Notes: generated by a model from the letters alone, not told the origin. A stretch of 64,000 nucleotides of DNA from Hyphomonadaceae bacterium (GCA_040398425.1 JBBATZ010000015.1:957-64956); one strand, 5' to 3'. Shown: positions 49,530 through 60,907, counted from the first letter of the stretch. Program-made: numbers and translations.

Positions 49530-51542
49530 ATGTTTTCATCTGTCCTGATCGCCAACCGCGGCGAAATCTCCCGTCGGATCATGCGCACCGCCCGGAGGCT
49601 CGGGATACGGACGGTCGCGGTCTTCTCTGACGCCGATGTCGACGCCGCCTTCGTCCGCGAAGCCGACGACGCCGTGCATATCGGCCCCGCGCCTTCAGCC
49701 GAGAGCTATCTCAGGGGCGACCGCATCATCGAGGCGGCGCTGGAAACCGGCGCCGAGGCGATCCACCCCGGCTATGGCTTCCTGTCGGAGAACGCCGCCT
49801 TTGCCGAAGCCGTCATCAAGGCTGGCCTGGTCTGGATCGGTCCGCCGCCGGAAGCCATTCGCGCCATGGGCCTCAAGGACGCGGCCAAGGCGCTGATGGA
49901 AAAACACGGCGTGCCGGTGACGCCTGGTTATCACGGCGAAGACCAGAGCCTGAAGACGCTGAAGGCGGCCGCCAAGAAGATCGGCTATCCCGTCCTCATT
50001 AAGGCCATCGCCGGCGGCGGCGGGCGCGGCATGCGCAAGGTCGACGACGACAAGGACTTCGAGACGCAACTGGCCAGCGCCCAGCGCGAAGCCAGGGGCA
50101 GCTTCGGCGATGACCGTGTGCTGATCGAGAAGTTCGTCGAGAGTCCGCGCCACATCGAGGTGCAGGTTTTCGGCGACAATCATGGCAATTATATTCACCT
50201 GTTCGAACGCGACTGCTCGCTGCAGCGCCGCCGGCAGAAGGTGATCGAGGAAGCGCCCGCGCCCGGCATGACGGCCGAAGTCCGCAAAGCGATGACGGAC
50301 GCTGCCGTGATGGCCGCCCAGGCTGTCGGCTATCGCAATGCCGGCACGATCGAGTTCATTGTCGATGGCTCCGGCGCGCTGCGCCCTGACGGTTTCTGGT
50401 TCATGGAAATGAACACCCGCCTGCAGGTCGAGCATCCCGTTTCGGAGATGATTACTGGCTTTGATTTCGTCGAACTGCAATTCCGTGTCGCCAGCGGCGA
50501 GAAGCTTCCCGACCAGTCGGAGATCACCATCACTGGCCACGCCGTCGAAGCGCGGCTGTGTGCGGAAGATCCCGCACGTGGCTTCCTGCCTAGCTCCGGC
50601 TACCTCGAAATCTTCGATCTCTCCGCCTTCGCTGATGAATACTCTGCCGGCGTCACGCTCCGCCTCGACAGCGCGGTGGAAGAGGGCGACACGATCCCCG
50701 CCACCTATGACAGCATGATCGCCAAGGCGATCGCCCACGGTCCGACGCGAGACGATGCGCTGGATACGCTTTGCGAAGCGTTGCGCGAGGCCGAAGTCTG
50801 GCCCGTCACCACCAACGCCGCGATGCTCGCCAACCTGCTCGACAATGACGACTTCCGCGATGGCGTCGCCACCACGGCGCTTGTCGAAGCCAACATCGAG
50901 GAGTTGACCCAGCCCGACGATGGCGAGCAGGCCGACCGTCTCGCGCTTGCCGCCATTGGTATGCGTGCGCTGTCGGACGAACGCTCCGCTGATCCGTGGA
51001 GCGTCGCTGACGGCTTCCGCATCAATGGCGCGGCTCGCACCAGCTACAGCTTCGACATTGGCGGAGAGACGCACACTGTGCGGCTCGAAACCAACGCCGA
51101 TGGCGACGAGTTTGTCGTGCTCGATGGCGAGACGCTCGAAATTCAGATCGAAACCATGCGCGTTGCCGATGGCGTGCTTGTCCACGGTGCGCTCGAGGGC
51201 ATCGACGTGTTCGGCGTCGTGCGCGAGACGACGGACGGCCCCGTGCTGTTCCACCGTGGCCGCGCCATCGCCCTGCGCCGTCCGGAATTCGGCAGCGAAC
51301 TCGAAGGTCTTGCCGCGGGCGACGACATCCGCGCGCCTATGCCGGGCAAGGTGCTCGATGTGAAAGCTGCGGTCGGACAAGACGTGAAGAAGGGCGACCC
51401 GATGGTCGTGCTCGAAGCCATGAAGATGGAGCACACGCTCGCCGCCCCGCGCGACGGCAAGGTGATCGAGGTCACGGCGGTTGCCGGTGTCCAAACGGCT
51501 GAGGGCATCGTGCTGGTCCGCTTTGAACCAGTCCCGGAATAA
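49530..51542 (+). CDS. Biotin-dependent acyl-CoA carboxylase alpha subunit (likely 3-methylcrotonyl-CoA carboxylase)
   Basis: 670 aa. Biotin carboxylase N-terminus (MFSSVLIANRGEI), ATP-grasp, C-terminal biotinyl EAMKMEH. Confidence 0.88.
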   Translation: MFSSVLIANRGEISRRIMRTARRLGIRTVAVFSDADVDAAFVREADDAVHIGPAPSAESYLRGDRIIEAALETGAEAIHPGYGFLSENAAFAEAVIKAGLVWIGPPPEAIRAMGLKDAAKALMEKHGVPVTPGYHGEDQSLKTLKAAAKKIGYPVLIKAIAGGGGRGMRKVDDDKDFETQLASAQREARGSFGDDRVLIEKFVESPRHIEVQVFGDNHGNYIHLFERDCSLQRRRQKVIEEAPAPGMTAEVRKAMTDAAVMAAQAVGYRNAGTIEFIVDGSGALRPDGFWFMEMNTRLQVEHPVSEMITGFDFVELQFRVASGEKLPDQSEITITGHAVEARLCAEDPARGFLPSSGYLEIFDLSAFADEYSAGVTLRLDSAVEEGDTIPATYDSMIAKAIAHGPTRDDALDTLCEALREAEVWPVTTNAAMLANLLDNDDFRDGVATTALVEANIEELTQPDDGEQADRLALAAIGMRALSDERSADPWSVADGFRINGAARTSYSFDIGGETHTVRLETNADGDEFVVLDGETLEIQIETMRVADGVLVHGALEGIDVFGVVRETTDGPVLFHRGRAIALRRPEFGSELEGLAAGDDIRAPMPGKVLDVKAAVGQDVKKGDPMVVLEAMKMEHTLAAPRDGKVIEVTAVAGVQTAEGIVLVRFEPVPE

Positions 51543-51721
51543 TCCACGACCCGGCTACAGTCCCGCCGCGCCTGATTCCGATTTCGTTCACTTTGGCCGG
51601 TGCAAACTCCCAGTTAGCAGTACCGGAACCGAATTCATCTAAGCAGGCCCAATCCAGCCACATTCCGTAGTGACCTATGGCTGGACAGGACTTCCCCGGG
51701 GATCACGACGGATAGCGCGCC

Positions 51722-52450
51722 ATGCCCGCAGCCCTGCTTTTCGCCATTACCTGGGCAGGTCTCGCCCCGGATCAGGCGCTTGAACGCGCGCTCGACGCGG
51801 TCGAGCCGCCCCCGGCCATGCGCGCGGCGTTCCAGGCCACGCTGACGAGCGGCAACTCCGTCCGCCGCATCGAATTCGACCCGTATGCCGAACCGGGCAA
51901 GCGCTTCAAGGTGACTTATACTTACGGCTCGAATGACGAACTCGACGCCGTTGTGAATGGCTGGCGTGATGAAAAGCAGGCCGACGCCCGCCTGTTCGCC
52001 GATGATCTCCGCCTCAGCCTCGCCGAGGCCCGCATCGCCGGAGCGCCCGAATCGATGGCGGTCGGCTTCCGTCACAAGATGTCGCTCAATGATGGCCCGC
52101 TCGACGCGGAATTCTCGACCGGCATGAAGGGCACAATGCAGCTCGACCAGAAATCCGGCTACGTGTCCCGCATCGATTATGCGCTGGAGCGTCCAGTCAC
52201 GCTGGATGATGGCACCGAGGTCAAGGAATACCGCCAGTCCTATCAGTTCGGCTATTCCGAGCGCTGGGGCGTCAGCTATGTGATGGGGTATGAACTCACT
52301 GCGCGTGGCGGCCGCTGGGGTCTGTCGGAAGAGCGAAGCGTCAAGGTGGAACTCACCGACATCGCCTTCGGCCTTGCCGGAAGCGGTCAGCAGGACCTCG
52401 CCTCCAAACCTGCGTCATACGCGCCCGGTCTCACGGCGACCTTGCGCTAG
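51722..52450 (+). CDS. Hypothetical protein
   Basis: 242 aa, coding-like GC3, no motif recognised. Confidence 0.5.
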   Translation: MPAALLFAITWAGLAPDQALERALDAVEPPPAMRAAFQATLTSGNSVRRIEFDPYAEPGKRFKVTYTYGSNDELDAVVNGWRDEKQADARLFADDLRLSLAEARIAGAPESMAVGFRHKMSLNDGPLDAEFSTGMKGTMQLDQKSGYVSRIDYALERPVTLDDGTEVKEYRQSYQFGYSERWGVSYVMGYELTARGGRWGLSEERSVKVELTDIAFGLAGSGQQDLASKPASYAPGLTATLR

Positions 52451-52489
52451 GCAGTTGCCCTGAACGGGACTCCTGTTTAGCTCGCCGTC

Positions 52490-52918
52490 ATGGCGCTTCA
52501 CATGATCAAGCTCTGCGTCGGCGCTGACAGCGTCGAGGACCTGTCGGACTGGCAGGGCAAGCTCATTGCGGGGCTGACGAAGAAGAACAAGCCGCCCATC
52601 CCCTATCACGACACGCGCATGTCCCCGAAGCGCGCCGAGGAAATGCTGGCAGGCGGATCGCTCTACTGGGTGATCAAGAACTTCATCATCGTGCGCCAGC
52701 GCCTCGTCGGGTTCGAACAGCTTAAGGACAAGGAAGGCAAGGCGATGTGCCGCGTCCACCTCGACCCCGAACTGATCCGCACAAAGGCACGCAAGAAACG
52801 TCCGTTCCAGGGCTGGCGCTATCTCGAACCGGGCGATGCGCCATCGGACCTCGACGGCAAGGGTCCAGCGCTATCCGCCGATCTCGAAGCGGCGTTGAAA
52901 GAGGCGTTGGCGTGGTGA
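52490..52918 (+). CDS. DUF1489-family protein
   Basis: 142 aa. MALHMIKLCVGADSVEDLSDWQ N-terminus as I recall for DUF1489. Confidence 0.6.
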   Translation: MALHMIKLCVGADSVEDLSDWQGKLIAGLTKKNKPPIPYHDTRMSPKRAEEMLAGGSLYWVIKNFIIVRQRLVGFEQLKDKEGKAMCRVHLDPELIRTKARKKRPFQGWRYLEPGDAPSDLDGKGPALSADLEAALKEALAW

Positions 52919-53063
52919 TCTGGGGCCGTCGGGCTCCCGCCCGGCATATTCCCATCCGCTTCGCCGATCTGCCGGGCAGGGGCCCGGCGATCCCAGCTTG
53001 ACGATCCGCCCCCAAACACCAAACCTGACCCGGGCGTTTGCCAGTCAGGCGTGGGAGGCTTCA

Positions 53064-53984
53064 ATGAAATACCTGCTCAAGACGGCTGGTGCGATCGCAA
53101 TGCTGGCGACGTTCGCCGCGTGCTCGCCTACCAACACCGAAGCGCCCGCGCCCGCGCTGGTGGAAGCCCCGGCCGCCGTAATCCCGCACGGCGCCAACGC
53201 CGCTGCGAGCGGCACATTCACCCACGATGGCGTGACGTTCTACTACGAGACCTACGGCGAGGGCGAACCGCTGATGATGATCCACGGCAACGGCGCGAGC
53301 ATCGTCAGCCTCGGCAAGCAGATCGAGCACTTCAAGTCGAAGTACAAAGTCATCGCCATGGACAGCCGCGAGCAGGGCATGTCAGGCGGCAACGACAAGC
53401 CGATCACCTATGAAGTCATGACCGACGATCTCGCTGCCCTGATGGATCACCTGAAAACCGGCCCCGTCGATGTCATCGGCTGGAGCGATGGCGGTATCGA
53501 GGCGCTGATGCTCGGCATCCGTCATCCGGACAAGGTCAAGAAGCTGGTCGCGATGGCGGCGAACCTCAACCCCACGCTGGAGGCGATCTATCCGGAAACC
53601 GACGGGATGGTGAAGCAGATCGCCGGATCGCTGACGCCGGATATGCTGGCCACGCCCCAAGGCAAGACGCAGGCGAAGCTGGTTGACCTGATCGCGAACC
53701 AACCGAACATTCCTCTCAAGGCGCTGGCCGCGATCACCTCGCCGACGCTCGTCATTTCCGGCGACCACGACCTCATCCGGCTCGAGCATACGGTCGCGAT
53801 GTTCAACGCGCTGCCGAATGCCGAACTCGCCGTCTTCCCGAACAGCACCCACGCTCTCCCGATCGACGATCCGGAAGCCTTCAACACCACGGTCGAACGC
53901 TTCCTCGCCACGCCCTTCAAGAAGAAGGACCGGGTGGGCGATATGGCGGCATCGTTCGAGAAACTGATGGCGGGTGGGCAGTGA
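53064..53984 (+). CDS. Lipoprotein alpha/beta-fold hydrolase
   Basis: ATG 53064. MKYLLKTAGAIAMLATFAAC lipobox, HGNGAS, IGWSDGG nucleophile elbow. Confidence 0.8.
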   Translation: MKYLLKTAGAIAMLATFAACSPTNTEAPAPALVEAPAAVIPHGANAAASGTFTHDGVTFYYETYGEGEPLMMIHGNGASIVSLGKQIEHFKSKYKVIAMDSREQGMSGGNDKPITYEVMTDDLAALMDHLKTGPVDVIGWSDGGIEALMLGIRHPDKVKKLVAMAANLNPTLEAIYPETDGMVKQIAGSLTPDMLATPQGKTQAKLVDLIANQPNIPLKALAAITSPTLVISGDHDLIRLEHTVAMFNALPNAELAVFPNSTHALPIDDPEAFNTTVERFLATPFKKKDRVGDMAASFEKLMAGGQ

Positions 53985-54009
53985 TTTAGGCTGGCGGCGC
54001 CGCAGCAGC

Positions 54010-54885
54010 CTATCTCCGCACGAACCCCATGTTGTCGATCAGCCGGGTCTTGCCCAGGCGTGCCGCGACCAACAGGCGGCCGCTTGCGCCAGCCGGCGCG
54101 CACTCGAGGCCGAATGGGGCGAGCGTGTCGGCGCGGCGGGCTTCGACATAATCGACCGATGTGAAACCGGCTGCGAGGATCTCGGCTTTCGCAGCATCTG
54201 TCGCCGCGCGAATGCCGGCCCCGCCTTCCAGCAGCGCCGCCGTCTCCCGCATCACACGCGCCAGACCGGGCGCGCGGGCGCGCTGTTCTGCGTCTAGATA
54301 AGCGTTGCGCGACGACATCGCGAGGCCGTCAGCCTCCCGCGTGGTGGCCCCGCCGACGATCTCGATGCCAAAGCCCAGATCCTGAACCATGCGGCGAATG
54401 ACCAGCAGTTGCTGATAATCCTTCTCGCCGAACACGGCGACGTCTGGCCCGACATGCAGGAACAGGCGACTGACGACGCTGGCGACGCCTTCAAAGAAAT
54501 GCGGCCTGACCTCGCCTTCGAGCAGGTGAGACAGGTCCTTCACCATCACCCGGGTGGAATCGCCCGGCGGGTACATCTCGGCAGGGGTCGGGCAGTAGCA
54601 GAATGTGCAACCCGCCTCGGCCAGCTTCTGGAGGTCGCTGGCCTCGGCGCGGGGGTAGGTGGAAAGGTCCTCATGGGCGGCGAACTGGGTCGGGTTCACG
54701 AAGACGGAGGCGGCGACCACGTCGGCCTTTTCCAGTCCCAGCTTCACGAGGCTCAGATGCCCGGCGTGCAGCGCGCCCATGGTCGGCACGAAGGCGATCC
54801 GCTTGCCCTGCGCCTGCATCTGGCGGCGCCAGTCGCGGGTTTCGGCCCGTGTGCGGGCGACCACCAGTCCGTTGCGTTTGGCCAA
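54010..54885 (-). CDS. panC: Pantoate--beta-alanine ligase
   Basis: 291 aa. FVPTMGALHAGHLSLV, VASVFVNPTQF. Confidence 0.94.
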   Translation of the reverse strand: MAKRNGLVVARTRAETRDWRRQMQAQGKRIAFVPTMGALHAGHLSLVKLGLEKADVVAASVFVNPTQFAAHEDLSTYPRAEASDLQKLAEAGCTFCYCPTPAEMYPPGDSTRVMVKDLSHLLEGEVRPHFFEGVASVVSRLFLHVGPDVAVFGEKDYQQLLVIRRMVQDLGFGIEIVGGATTREADGLAMSSRNAYLDAEQRARAPGLARVMRETAALLEGGAGIRAATDAAKAEILAAGFTSVDYVEARRADTLAPFGLECAPAGASGRLLVAARLGKTRLIDNMGFVRR

Positions 54886-55044
54886 TATCGAGCCTTCCAG
54901 GGTGCGGGTGGTTTAGGCCCGATCGCGGAACGATCTGACCTTAATTCAGGCGGCGGCTTCTAGGCTGGTTCCTGTGAGGGATCAATCGCACGTGGAGACG
55001 CGCAGCTTTATGGGTCCTTAACCGGCAGGACCGATGTTTTGGGA

Positions 55045-55680
55045 ATGCAAAAGCACCTCGCAAACTACCTCAGATTGATTGGATTCAGCCTGTCGGCTGT
55101 CGCCATCGCTGCCTGCGCTCGCTTGGCGCCCCAGAGCATGGCTGCCCTGGCGTCGCCGGAGCCAAGGGTCACCGATGCGCCTGAGGCGGCCGACATTGGC
55201 CCGCATTTCTTCGCGCAACAGGCCGAAGACGACCGGATGGAAGCCCTACAGGCCCGCCTCGACGCTGTGGACGCCGAAATCGCCAATCTTCGCAAGGTGT
55301 TCGACGTGCTCGGCCCGCTGCCTGACCACGCCGAACTCTTCATCCCCGTTATGCTGTCGGAGATCGACGGAACCGGCCCCGAAACCGACGTCGCCCACCG
55401 CTATTCGCCCGTCCTGCGCGGCACCGAGGCCGATATTGCCCGCTTCCACCGCATCGAACTGGCGTCCTATCCCGCCCAAGCCGAAGCCGAAGCGCGCTGG
55501 AACGAACTGGCGGCCGCCGGCACGCTCACACGCAGCCGCCCGGGCTATGCCGGGATAAAGTCCGGCATCTGCCTCGACGGCCGTATGTCGGACGATGACG
55601 CCGTGAACGCCCTTTGTGTCAAACTTTCCGCCATCGCAGGCCCGGCTCGCGTCGCTGCCCCGATCCGGGCATCCTGGTGA
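55045..55680 (+). CDS. Lipoprotein with a SPOR-like C-terminal domain
   Basis: ATG 55045. SLSAVAIAAC lipobox. C-terminal IELASYPAQAEAEARWNELAAAG resembles SPOR. Confidence 0.5.
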   Translation: MQKHLANYLRLIGFSLSAVAIAACARLAPQSMAALASPEPRVTDAPEAADIGPHFFAQQAEDDRMEALQARLDAVDAEIANLRKVFDVLGPLPDHAELFIPVMLSEIDGTGPETDVAHRYSPVLRGTEADIARFHRIELASYPAQAEAEARWNELAAAGTLTRSRPGYAGIKSGICLDGRMSDDDAVNALCVKLSAIAGPARVAAPIRASW

Positions 55681-55684
55681 TCCC

Positions 55685-56566
55685 ATGGCCACGGCGGTGA
55701 TGACAGCTCCCGACGTCACGACTGACGCAAATGGCCGCGCGCGGCTGGCGCATACGATTGTCATCGGGAACGAAAAGGGCGGCGCCGGCAAATCCACCGT
55801 CGCCATGCACCTCTGCATCGGCCTCCTGCGCATGGGCATGAAGGTCGGGATCATGGATCTCGACGTCCGCCAGCGCAGCCTCGCACGCTATCTCGAAAAC
55901 CGCGCCCGCTGGGTCCGCAACACAGGCGCGCCGCTGCCGATCCCTGAAATGGTCAGGATCGACGCCAGCCAGGCCCGCGATCTCGACGCCGCCGAAGCAG
56001 AAGAGGCCAAGCACTTCGAGGAAAGCCTCCGCCGCCTGTCGGAGAAGTGCAACTTTATCATCATCGACGCCCCCGGCGGCGACACCTTCCTGTCGCGTCT
56101 GGCGCATTCGTCGGCCGACACCCTGATCACGCCACTGAACGACAGTTTCGTCGATTTCGACCTGCTGGGCGATGTCGACCCGCAGACGCTCGAAGTGGCC
56201 CGCCCCAGCTTCTATGCCGAACTTGTGTGGGAATGCCGCAAACAGAAGGCGCAGCAGTCGCGCCGTCCGATCGACTGGATCGTCATGCGCAACCGCATGT
56301 CGCCACTCGACGCCCGCAACAAGCAGCGCGTCGGCGAGGCGTTGGACAACCTGTCCCGCCGTATCGGCTTCCGCATCTCGCCCGGCCTGTCCGAGCGCGT
56401 CATCTACCGCGAGCTGTTCCCGATGGGGTTGAGCCTGCTGGATCTGACGGACTCAGGCTCCGGCGTCACCTTCACGATGAGCCACGTCGCCGCCCGTCAG
56501 GAAATCCGCGACCTGATGATCGTGCTGAAACTGCCCGGTCTCGAAGGCAAGGAAATCAGCTTCTAA
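55685..56566 (+). CDS. mipZ: Division-plane positioning ATPase MipZ (ParA-like)
   Basis: ATG 55685. IVIGNEKGGAGKSTVAMHL ... MDLDVRQRSLARYLENR closely parallels Caulobacter MipZ. Confidence 0.88.
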   Translation: MATAVMTAPDVTTDANGRARLAHTIVIGNEKGGAGKSTVAMHLCIGLLRMGMKVGIMDLDVRQRSLARYLENRARWVRNTGAPLPIPEMVRIDASQARDLDAAEAEEAKHFEESLRRLSEKCNFIIIDAPGGDTFLSRLAHSSADTLITPLNDSFVDFDLLGDVDPQTLEVARPSFYAELVWECRKQKAQQSRRPIDWIVMRNRMSPLDARNKQRVGEALDNLSRRIGFRISPGLSERVIYRELFPMGLSLLDLTDSGSGVTFTMSHVAARQEIRDLMIVLKLPGLEGKEISF

Positions 56567-56624
56567 GCGCCCAGGCTCGTCGCCTCGCGCGTTCAAAAGC
56601 CCAGCAAATTGCAGTGAATTCAGC

Positions 56625-57857
56625 TTACTGCCTGGGCGGTGCGAGCACGTCCAGCGCGTTCGGACCAGCATTCGCGCCGACTTCGCTGGTGACCAGGATC
56701 GCCTGATCCCCCGGAACCATCGACGCCGGTCTCTGGACCGCCGTCGAGCCTACGTCGAGATTGGTCGCATACGGCGAGGCGTCTATCAGGGCTGCGATCG
56801 GGTCCTCTGCGTCCGACCCGGCGTCGTCGCCTTCCGACACTTCGATGCCTTCATCGCCATCCTCGATTGTGCTTTCGTCCGTTTCAAAAGCCGAGTCGTC
56901 ATCCAGCGAGGCAACCAGTGCCGCATCTGGCTCCTGCAGCAGGCGTAGCTGGGCCAGAGCCAGGTCATCCGCCTGCGTCGGCGGCGCGCGATCACCAAAT
57001 GCGATCCTGGCGCGAATGTCTTCGGCTCCGGCGATCTGGACGCCCGTGATATCCATGAACGCTGCCTCCAGCAGGTCAGCCACATGCGCATCGCGCGACC
57101 GGCCGGTCCTGCCACCCAGCATCACCGCGATCACGCGGCGGCCATTGCGCTCAGCCGAGGCCATCAGGTTGTAGCCTGACGCGTTGGTGAAGCCCGTCTT
57201 GATCCCGTCAACGCCATCAACTTTGCGCAGAAGTTCATTGTGATTCATGTATTTCCGCTTGCCCCACTTGAAGGAGGACAGCGAAAAGTATTTGTACCGG
57301 TTCTTGTGATCCATGTAGATCGCCTCGCCCAGTTTCGCCATGTCGCGAGCGGTGGTGATCTGTTTCTTGTCGGGCAGGCCCGAAGCGTTGCGGAACGTCG
57401 TGTTCAGCATGCCCAGTTCCTTGGCCTTGGCATTCATGCGCGTGACGAATTTCGTTTCGCTGCCGCCAAGTTTCTCGGCCAGCACGATGGCGACGTCATT
57501 GGCGGATTTGGTCACCAGGGCGCGAATGGCATCCTCGACCTTGATTGTGCTGCCGGATTTGAGCCCCAGCTTCGAAGGCTGTGCGCGCGAGGCGGCCTTT
57601 GATACGGGGATGCGTTCCGAGAGTTTCAGCTTGCCGGAATCGACAGCATCGAAAACCAGGTAAAGCGTCATCACCTTGGTGAGCGAGGCCGGGTGGCGGG
57701 GTTCGTCCGCGGAACGGTCATGCATGACCTGTCCCGTTTCGAGATCAACCACGATGGACGCGTATTTGTCGGCCCAGGCGGGTCCCGTGAGGAAAAGCAT
57801 GGCCAGGAGGGCAAGAGCCACTCGGCGGACCCAGGCGATCGGCGGGATCGTCTTCAT
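56625..57857 (-). CDS. D-alanyl-D-alanine carboxypeptidase (S11 PBP5/6 type) with an acidic C-terminal extension
   Basis: 410 aa. Signal peptide, PASLTKVMT (SxxK), SANDVA, KTGFT. Confidence 0.88.
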   Translation of the reverse strand: MKTIPPIAWVRRVALALLAMLFLTGPAWADKYASIVVDLETGQVMHDRSADEPRHPASLTKVMTLYLVFDAVDSGKLKLSERIPVSKAASRAQPSKLGLKSGSTIKVEDAIRALVTKSANDVAIVLAEKLGGSETKFVTRMNAKAKELGMLNTTFRNASGLPDKKQITTARDMAKLGEAIYMDHKNRYKYFSLSSFKWGKRKYMNHNELLRKVDGVDGIKTGFTNASGYNLMASAERNGRRVIAVMLGGRTGRSRDAHVADLLEAAFMDITGVQIAGAEDIRARIAFGDRAPPTQADDLALAQLRLLQEPDAALVASLDDDSAFETDESTIEDGDEGIEVSEGDDAGSDAEDPIAALIDASPYATNLDVGSTAVQRPASMVPGDQAILVTSEVGANAGPNALDVLAPPRQ

Positions 57858-58258
57858 ACGCAGCGGAATCCTCTTTCAGAAGCACATACAAAGACAGGAT
57901 TGAGGGTCCACTGGCGAGCTTACCCAATCTTTAATCTGCGTCACCTTGATTCCGCAGGTTGGTGCAATTTATCCCCCCGGCGCCCATATTTGGGTCTGGA
58001 CCGGATTTTCCGACGACTATCCAGCCAGATTTGTGCAGGAACCGTGCAAGTTGTACCGTTCCTCGTGCCGGGGAAGACTGCTCGCAGACTTGGGACAAAC
58101 CAAGGCAGCGACTGGTATTTGGTCGGCGACGAACGCGCGAGCAGCGATGAAAGACGATCGCCCCTTTCGCTTGCGCTTCGGATGAATATCTAATGATGAT
58201 CGAACGGCCGGTTCGCCTGCCGCCGAATTCGGACTCCCGGGGACCCCGACAGACACGC

Positions 58259-58588
58259 ATGACAGACAAGAAGCAAACACCCGGAACGACCAAAGACCTC
58301 GGCGTCGCCACGCGGACGAAGCCGAAGGTCAAGAAACCGTCTATGTATCGGGTTCTGCTCCTGAACGACGACTATACCCCTATGGAATTCGTCGTCCTCG
58401 TTCTCGAGCACTTCTTCAACAAGTCCCGGGAAGAGGCGACGCGCATCATGCTGCATGTCCACAACTACGGCGTGGGCGTCTGTGGCGTGTTTCCGCTCGA
58501 AGTCGCAGAAACTAAAGTCGCGCAGGTGATGGACCTTGCGCGCGAGCAGCAACATCCTCTCCAATGCACCAAGGAACGCGAGGACTAG
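58259..58588 (+). CDS. clpS: ClpA adaptor ClpS
   Basis: ATG 58259. [27 protein letters not shown]. Confidence 0.95.
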   Translation: MTDKKQTPGTTKDLGVATRTKPKVKKPSMYRVLLLNDDYTPMEFVVLVLEHFFNKSREEATRIMLHVHNYGVGVCGVFPLEVAETKVAQVMDLAREQQHPLQCTKERED

Positions 58589-58597
58589 AAACCCGGA

Positions 58598-60907
58598 ATG
58601 CCCTCTTTGACCCCAAGCCTTGAACGAGCCCTCGAGCGCGCCCTTAATCTGGCCTCCGAGCGCAAGCATGAGTACGCCACACTGGAGCACCTGCTTCTCG
58701 CCCTGACAGAGGACGAGGACGCTGCCGAGGTGATGACGGCTTGTAAGCTGGATATTGAAAAACTCCGCCGGGATCTTGCCAATTATCTCGACAATGACTG
58801 CGCCTCCTTTGTCGTTGAAGATGGCGGGCAGGTGCATCCCACTGCAGCCTTCCAGCGCGTGGTGCAACGCGCCGTCCTGCACGTTGAATCTTCCTCGCGC
58901 GACGAAGTCTCGGGAGCCAACGTGCTCGTCTCGATCTTCGCCGAACGCGACAGCCACGCCGCCTACTTCCTGCAGGAGCAGGACATGACCCGCTACGACG
59001 CGGTCAACTACATCAGCCACGGCGTCGCCAAGAAGCCGGGGATGTCCAAGCCGAAGCCCGTCGAAGGAGCTGCCGAGAAAGAAGACGAACAGACCAAGCC
59101 TGCGGGCGAGGCGCTCAGCGCCTATTGCGTCGACCTCAACCAGAAGGCGCGCGAGGGCAAGACTGACCCGCTCATCGGCCGCCACGCTGAAGTCGAACGC
59201 GCGATCCAGGTTCTCTGCCGTCGCCGCAAGAACAACCCTCTGCTGGTGGGTGATCCCGGCGTGGGCAAGACCGCGATCGCCGAAGGCATGGCGAAGAAGA
59301 TCGTCGATGGCGAAGCGCCCAGCATTCTTGCGGACGCCGTCATCTACTCGCTCGACATGGGCGCGCTTCTCGCAGGCACCCGCTATCGCGGCGACTTCGA
59401 AGAGCGCCTGAAGGCTGTCGTTAAGGAACTCGAAGAACAGCCTAAAGCGGTTCTTTTCATCGACGAGATCCACACCGTCATCGGTGCCGGCGCCACGTCC
59501 GGTGGCGCGATGGATGCGTCCAACCTGCTGAAGCCCGCGCTTCAGTCCGGTTCGCTCCGTTGCATGGGCTCCACCACCTACAAGGAATATCGCCAGCACT
59601 TCGAGAAAGACCGGGCGCTCGCCCGCCGCTTCCAGAAGATCGACGTGGTCGAGCCGACGATCGAGGACACGATCAAGATCGTCATGGGCCTCAAGCCGTA
59701 TTTCGAGGAATTCCACGGCCTCAAATACACTGCGGAAGCCATCCGCACTGCGGTCGACCTGTCGGCGAAGTACATCACGGACCGCAAGCTGCCCGACAAG
59801 GCGATTGATGTGATCGATGAAGCCGGCGCGGCCCAATGGCTCTTGCCGGAAGGCAAGCGCCGCAAGCAGATCGGCGCGCGCGAGATCGAGGTCGTCATCT
59901 CGAAGATGGCCCGTATCCCGGCCAAGCAGGTGTCGAAGTCCGACGCTGAACAACTCCGCTCGCTGGAAAACGATCTCAAGCGCGTGGTGTTCGGCCAGGA
60001 CAACGCCATCAAGGCGCTCTCCACCGCGATCAAGCTCGCGCGTGCGGGCCTGCGCGAACCGAACAAGCCGATCGGCTGCTACCTGTTCTCCGGCCCCACC
60101 GGCGTCGGCAAGACCGAAGTCGCCAAACAGCTCGGCTCCATCCTCGGCGTCGAGATGCTGCGCTTCGACATGTCGGAATACATGGAGCGCCACACGGTCT
60201 CGCGTCTCATCGGCGCGCCTCCGGGCTATGTCGGCTTCGACCAGGGCGGTCTGCTGACCGATGGCGTCGACCAGCATCCGCACTGCGTGCTGCTGCTAGA
60301 CGAGATCGAGAAGGCGCACCCCGACCTGTTCAACATCCTGCTGCAGGTCATGGACAACGGGACGCTTACGGACTCGAACGGCAAGAAGGTCGACTTCAGG
60401 AACGTGATCCTCATCATGACCACGAACGCCGGTGCCTCTGATGCCGCCAAGGAATCCATCGGCTTCGGCCGCGGCAAGCGTGAAGACGAGAATGAAGAGG
60501 CGATCAAACGCCTGTTCACGCCCGAATTCCGCAACCGCCTCGATGCGACGATCCCATTCGCCAGTCTCAGCGAAGAGATCATCGAGATGGTGGTCGACAA
60601 GTTCATCCTGCAGCTCGAAGCCCAGCTGGCGGATCGCAATGTCACCATCGCGCTCACGGCCAAGGCTCGCAAATGGCTGGCAGTGCGCGGCTACGACGAG
60701 GCCTTCGGCGCCCGCCCGCTCGGCAGGTTGATCCAGGAGCACGTCAAGAAACCGATGGCCGACGAACTGCTTTTCGGCGCGCTCATGAAGGGCGGCGGCG
60801 TCAAGATCGACATCGACAAGAACGATCCCGACAAGCTGTCGTTCAAGTTCATCGCCGATCCCAAGCCCAGCGCGAAGGAAAAGTCCGAACCCGAAGCCGT
60901 TGAATAG
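58598..60907 (+). CDS. clpA: ATP-dependent Clp protease ATP-binding subunit ClpA
   Basis: 769 aa. Two Walker A motifs: [10 protein letters not shown] and [10 protein letters not shown]. Confidence 0.97.
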   Translation: MPSLTPSLERALERALNLASERKHEYATLEHLLLALTEDEDAAEVMTACKLDIEKLRRDLANYLDNDCASFVVEDGGQVHPTAAFQRVVQRAVLHVESSSRDEVSGANVLVSIFAERDSHAAYFLQEQDMTRYDAVNYISHGVAKKPGMSKPKPVEGAAEKEDEQTKPAGEALSAYCVDLNQKAREGKTDPLIGRHAEVERAIQVLCRRRKNNPLLVGDPGVGKTAIAEGMAKKIVDGEAPSILADAVIYSLDMGALLAGTRYRGDFEERLKAVVKELEEQPKAVLFIDEIHTVIGAGATSGGAMDASNLLKPALQSGSLRCMGSTTYKEYRQHFEKDRALARRFQKIDVVEPTIEDTIKIVMGLKPYFEEFHGLKYTAEAIRTAVDLSAKYITDRKLPDKAIDVIDEAGAAQWLLPEGKRRKQIGAREIEVVISKMARIPAKQVSKSDAEQLRSLENDLKRVVFGQDNAIKALSTAIKLARAGLREPNKPIGCYLFSGPTGVGKTEVAKQLGSILGVEMLRFDMSEYMERHTVSRLIGAPPGYVGFDQGGLLTDGVDQHPHCVLLLDEIEKAHPDLFNILLQVMDNGTLTDSNGKKVDFRNVILIMTTNAGASDAAKESIGFGRGKREDENEEAIKRLFTPEFRNRLDATIPFASLSEEIIEMVVDKFILQLEAQLADRNVTIALTAKARKWLAVRGYDEAFGARPLGRLIQEHVKKPMADELLFGALMKGGGVKIDIDKNDPDKLSFKFIADPKPSAKEKSEPEAVE

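Noticed and set aside
49695-51494. Very long ORFs antisense to, or out of frame with, real genes (e.g. 49695..51494 -, 58190..60283 -, 6046..7500 -, 3397..4794 -, 2345..3316 -, 25051..26205 +, 8701..9828 +)
   Set aside because: Their translations are Arg/Ala/Gly/His-rich and low-complexity. They overlap genes with strong family motifs on the other strand or frame. These are typical shadow ORFs of high-GC DNA.
53985-54012. GC-rich hairpin TAGGCTG...CAGCCTA between the convergent hydrolase and panC genes, considered as a bidirectional terminator
   Set aside because: The stem is present, but neither side has a T-rich tail. Not enough to call an intrinsic terminator.
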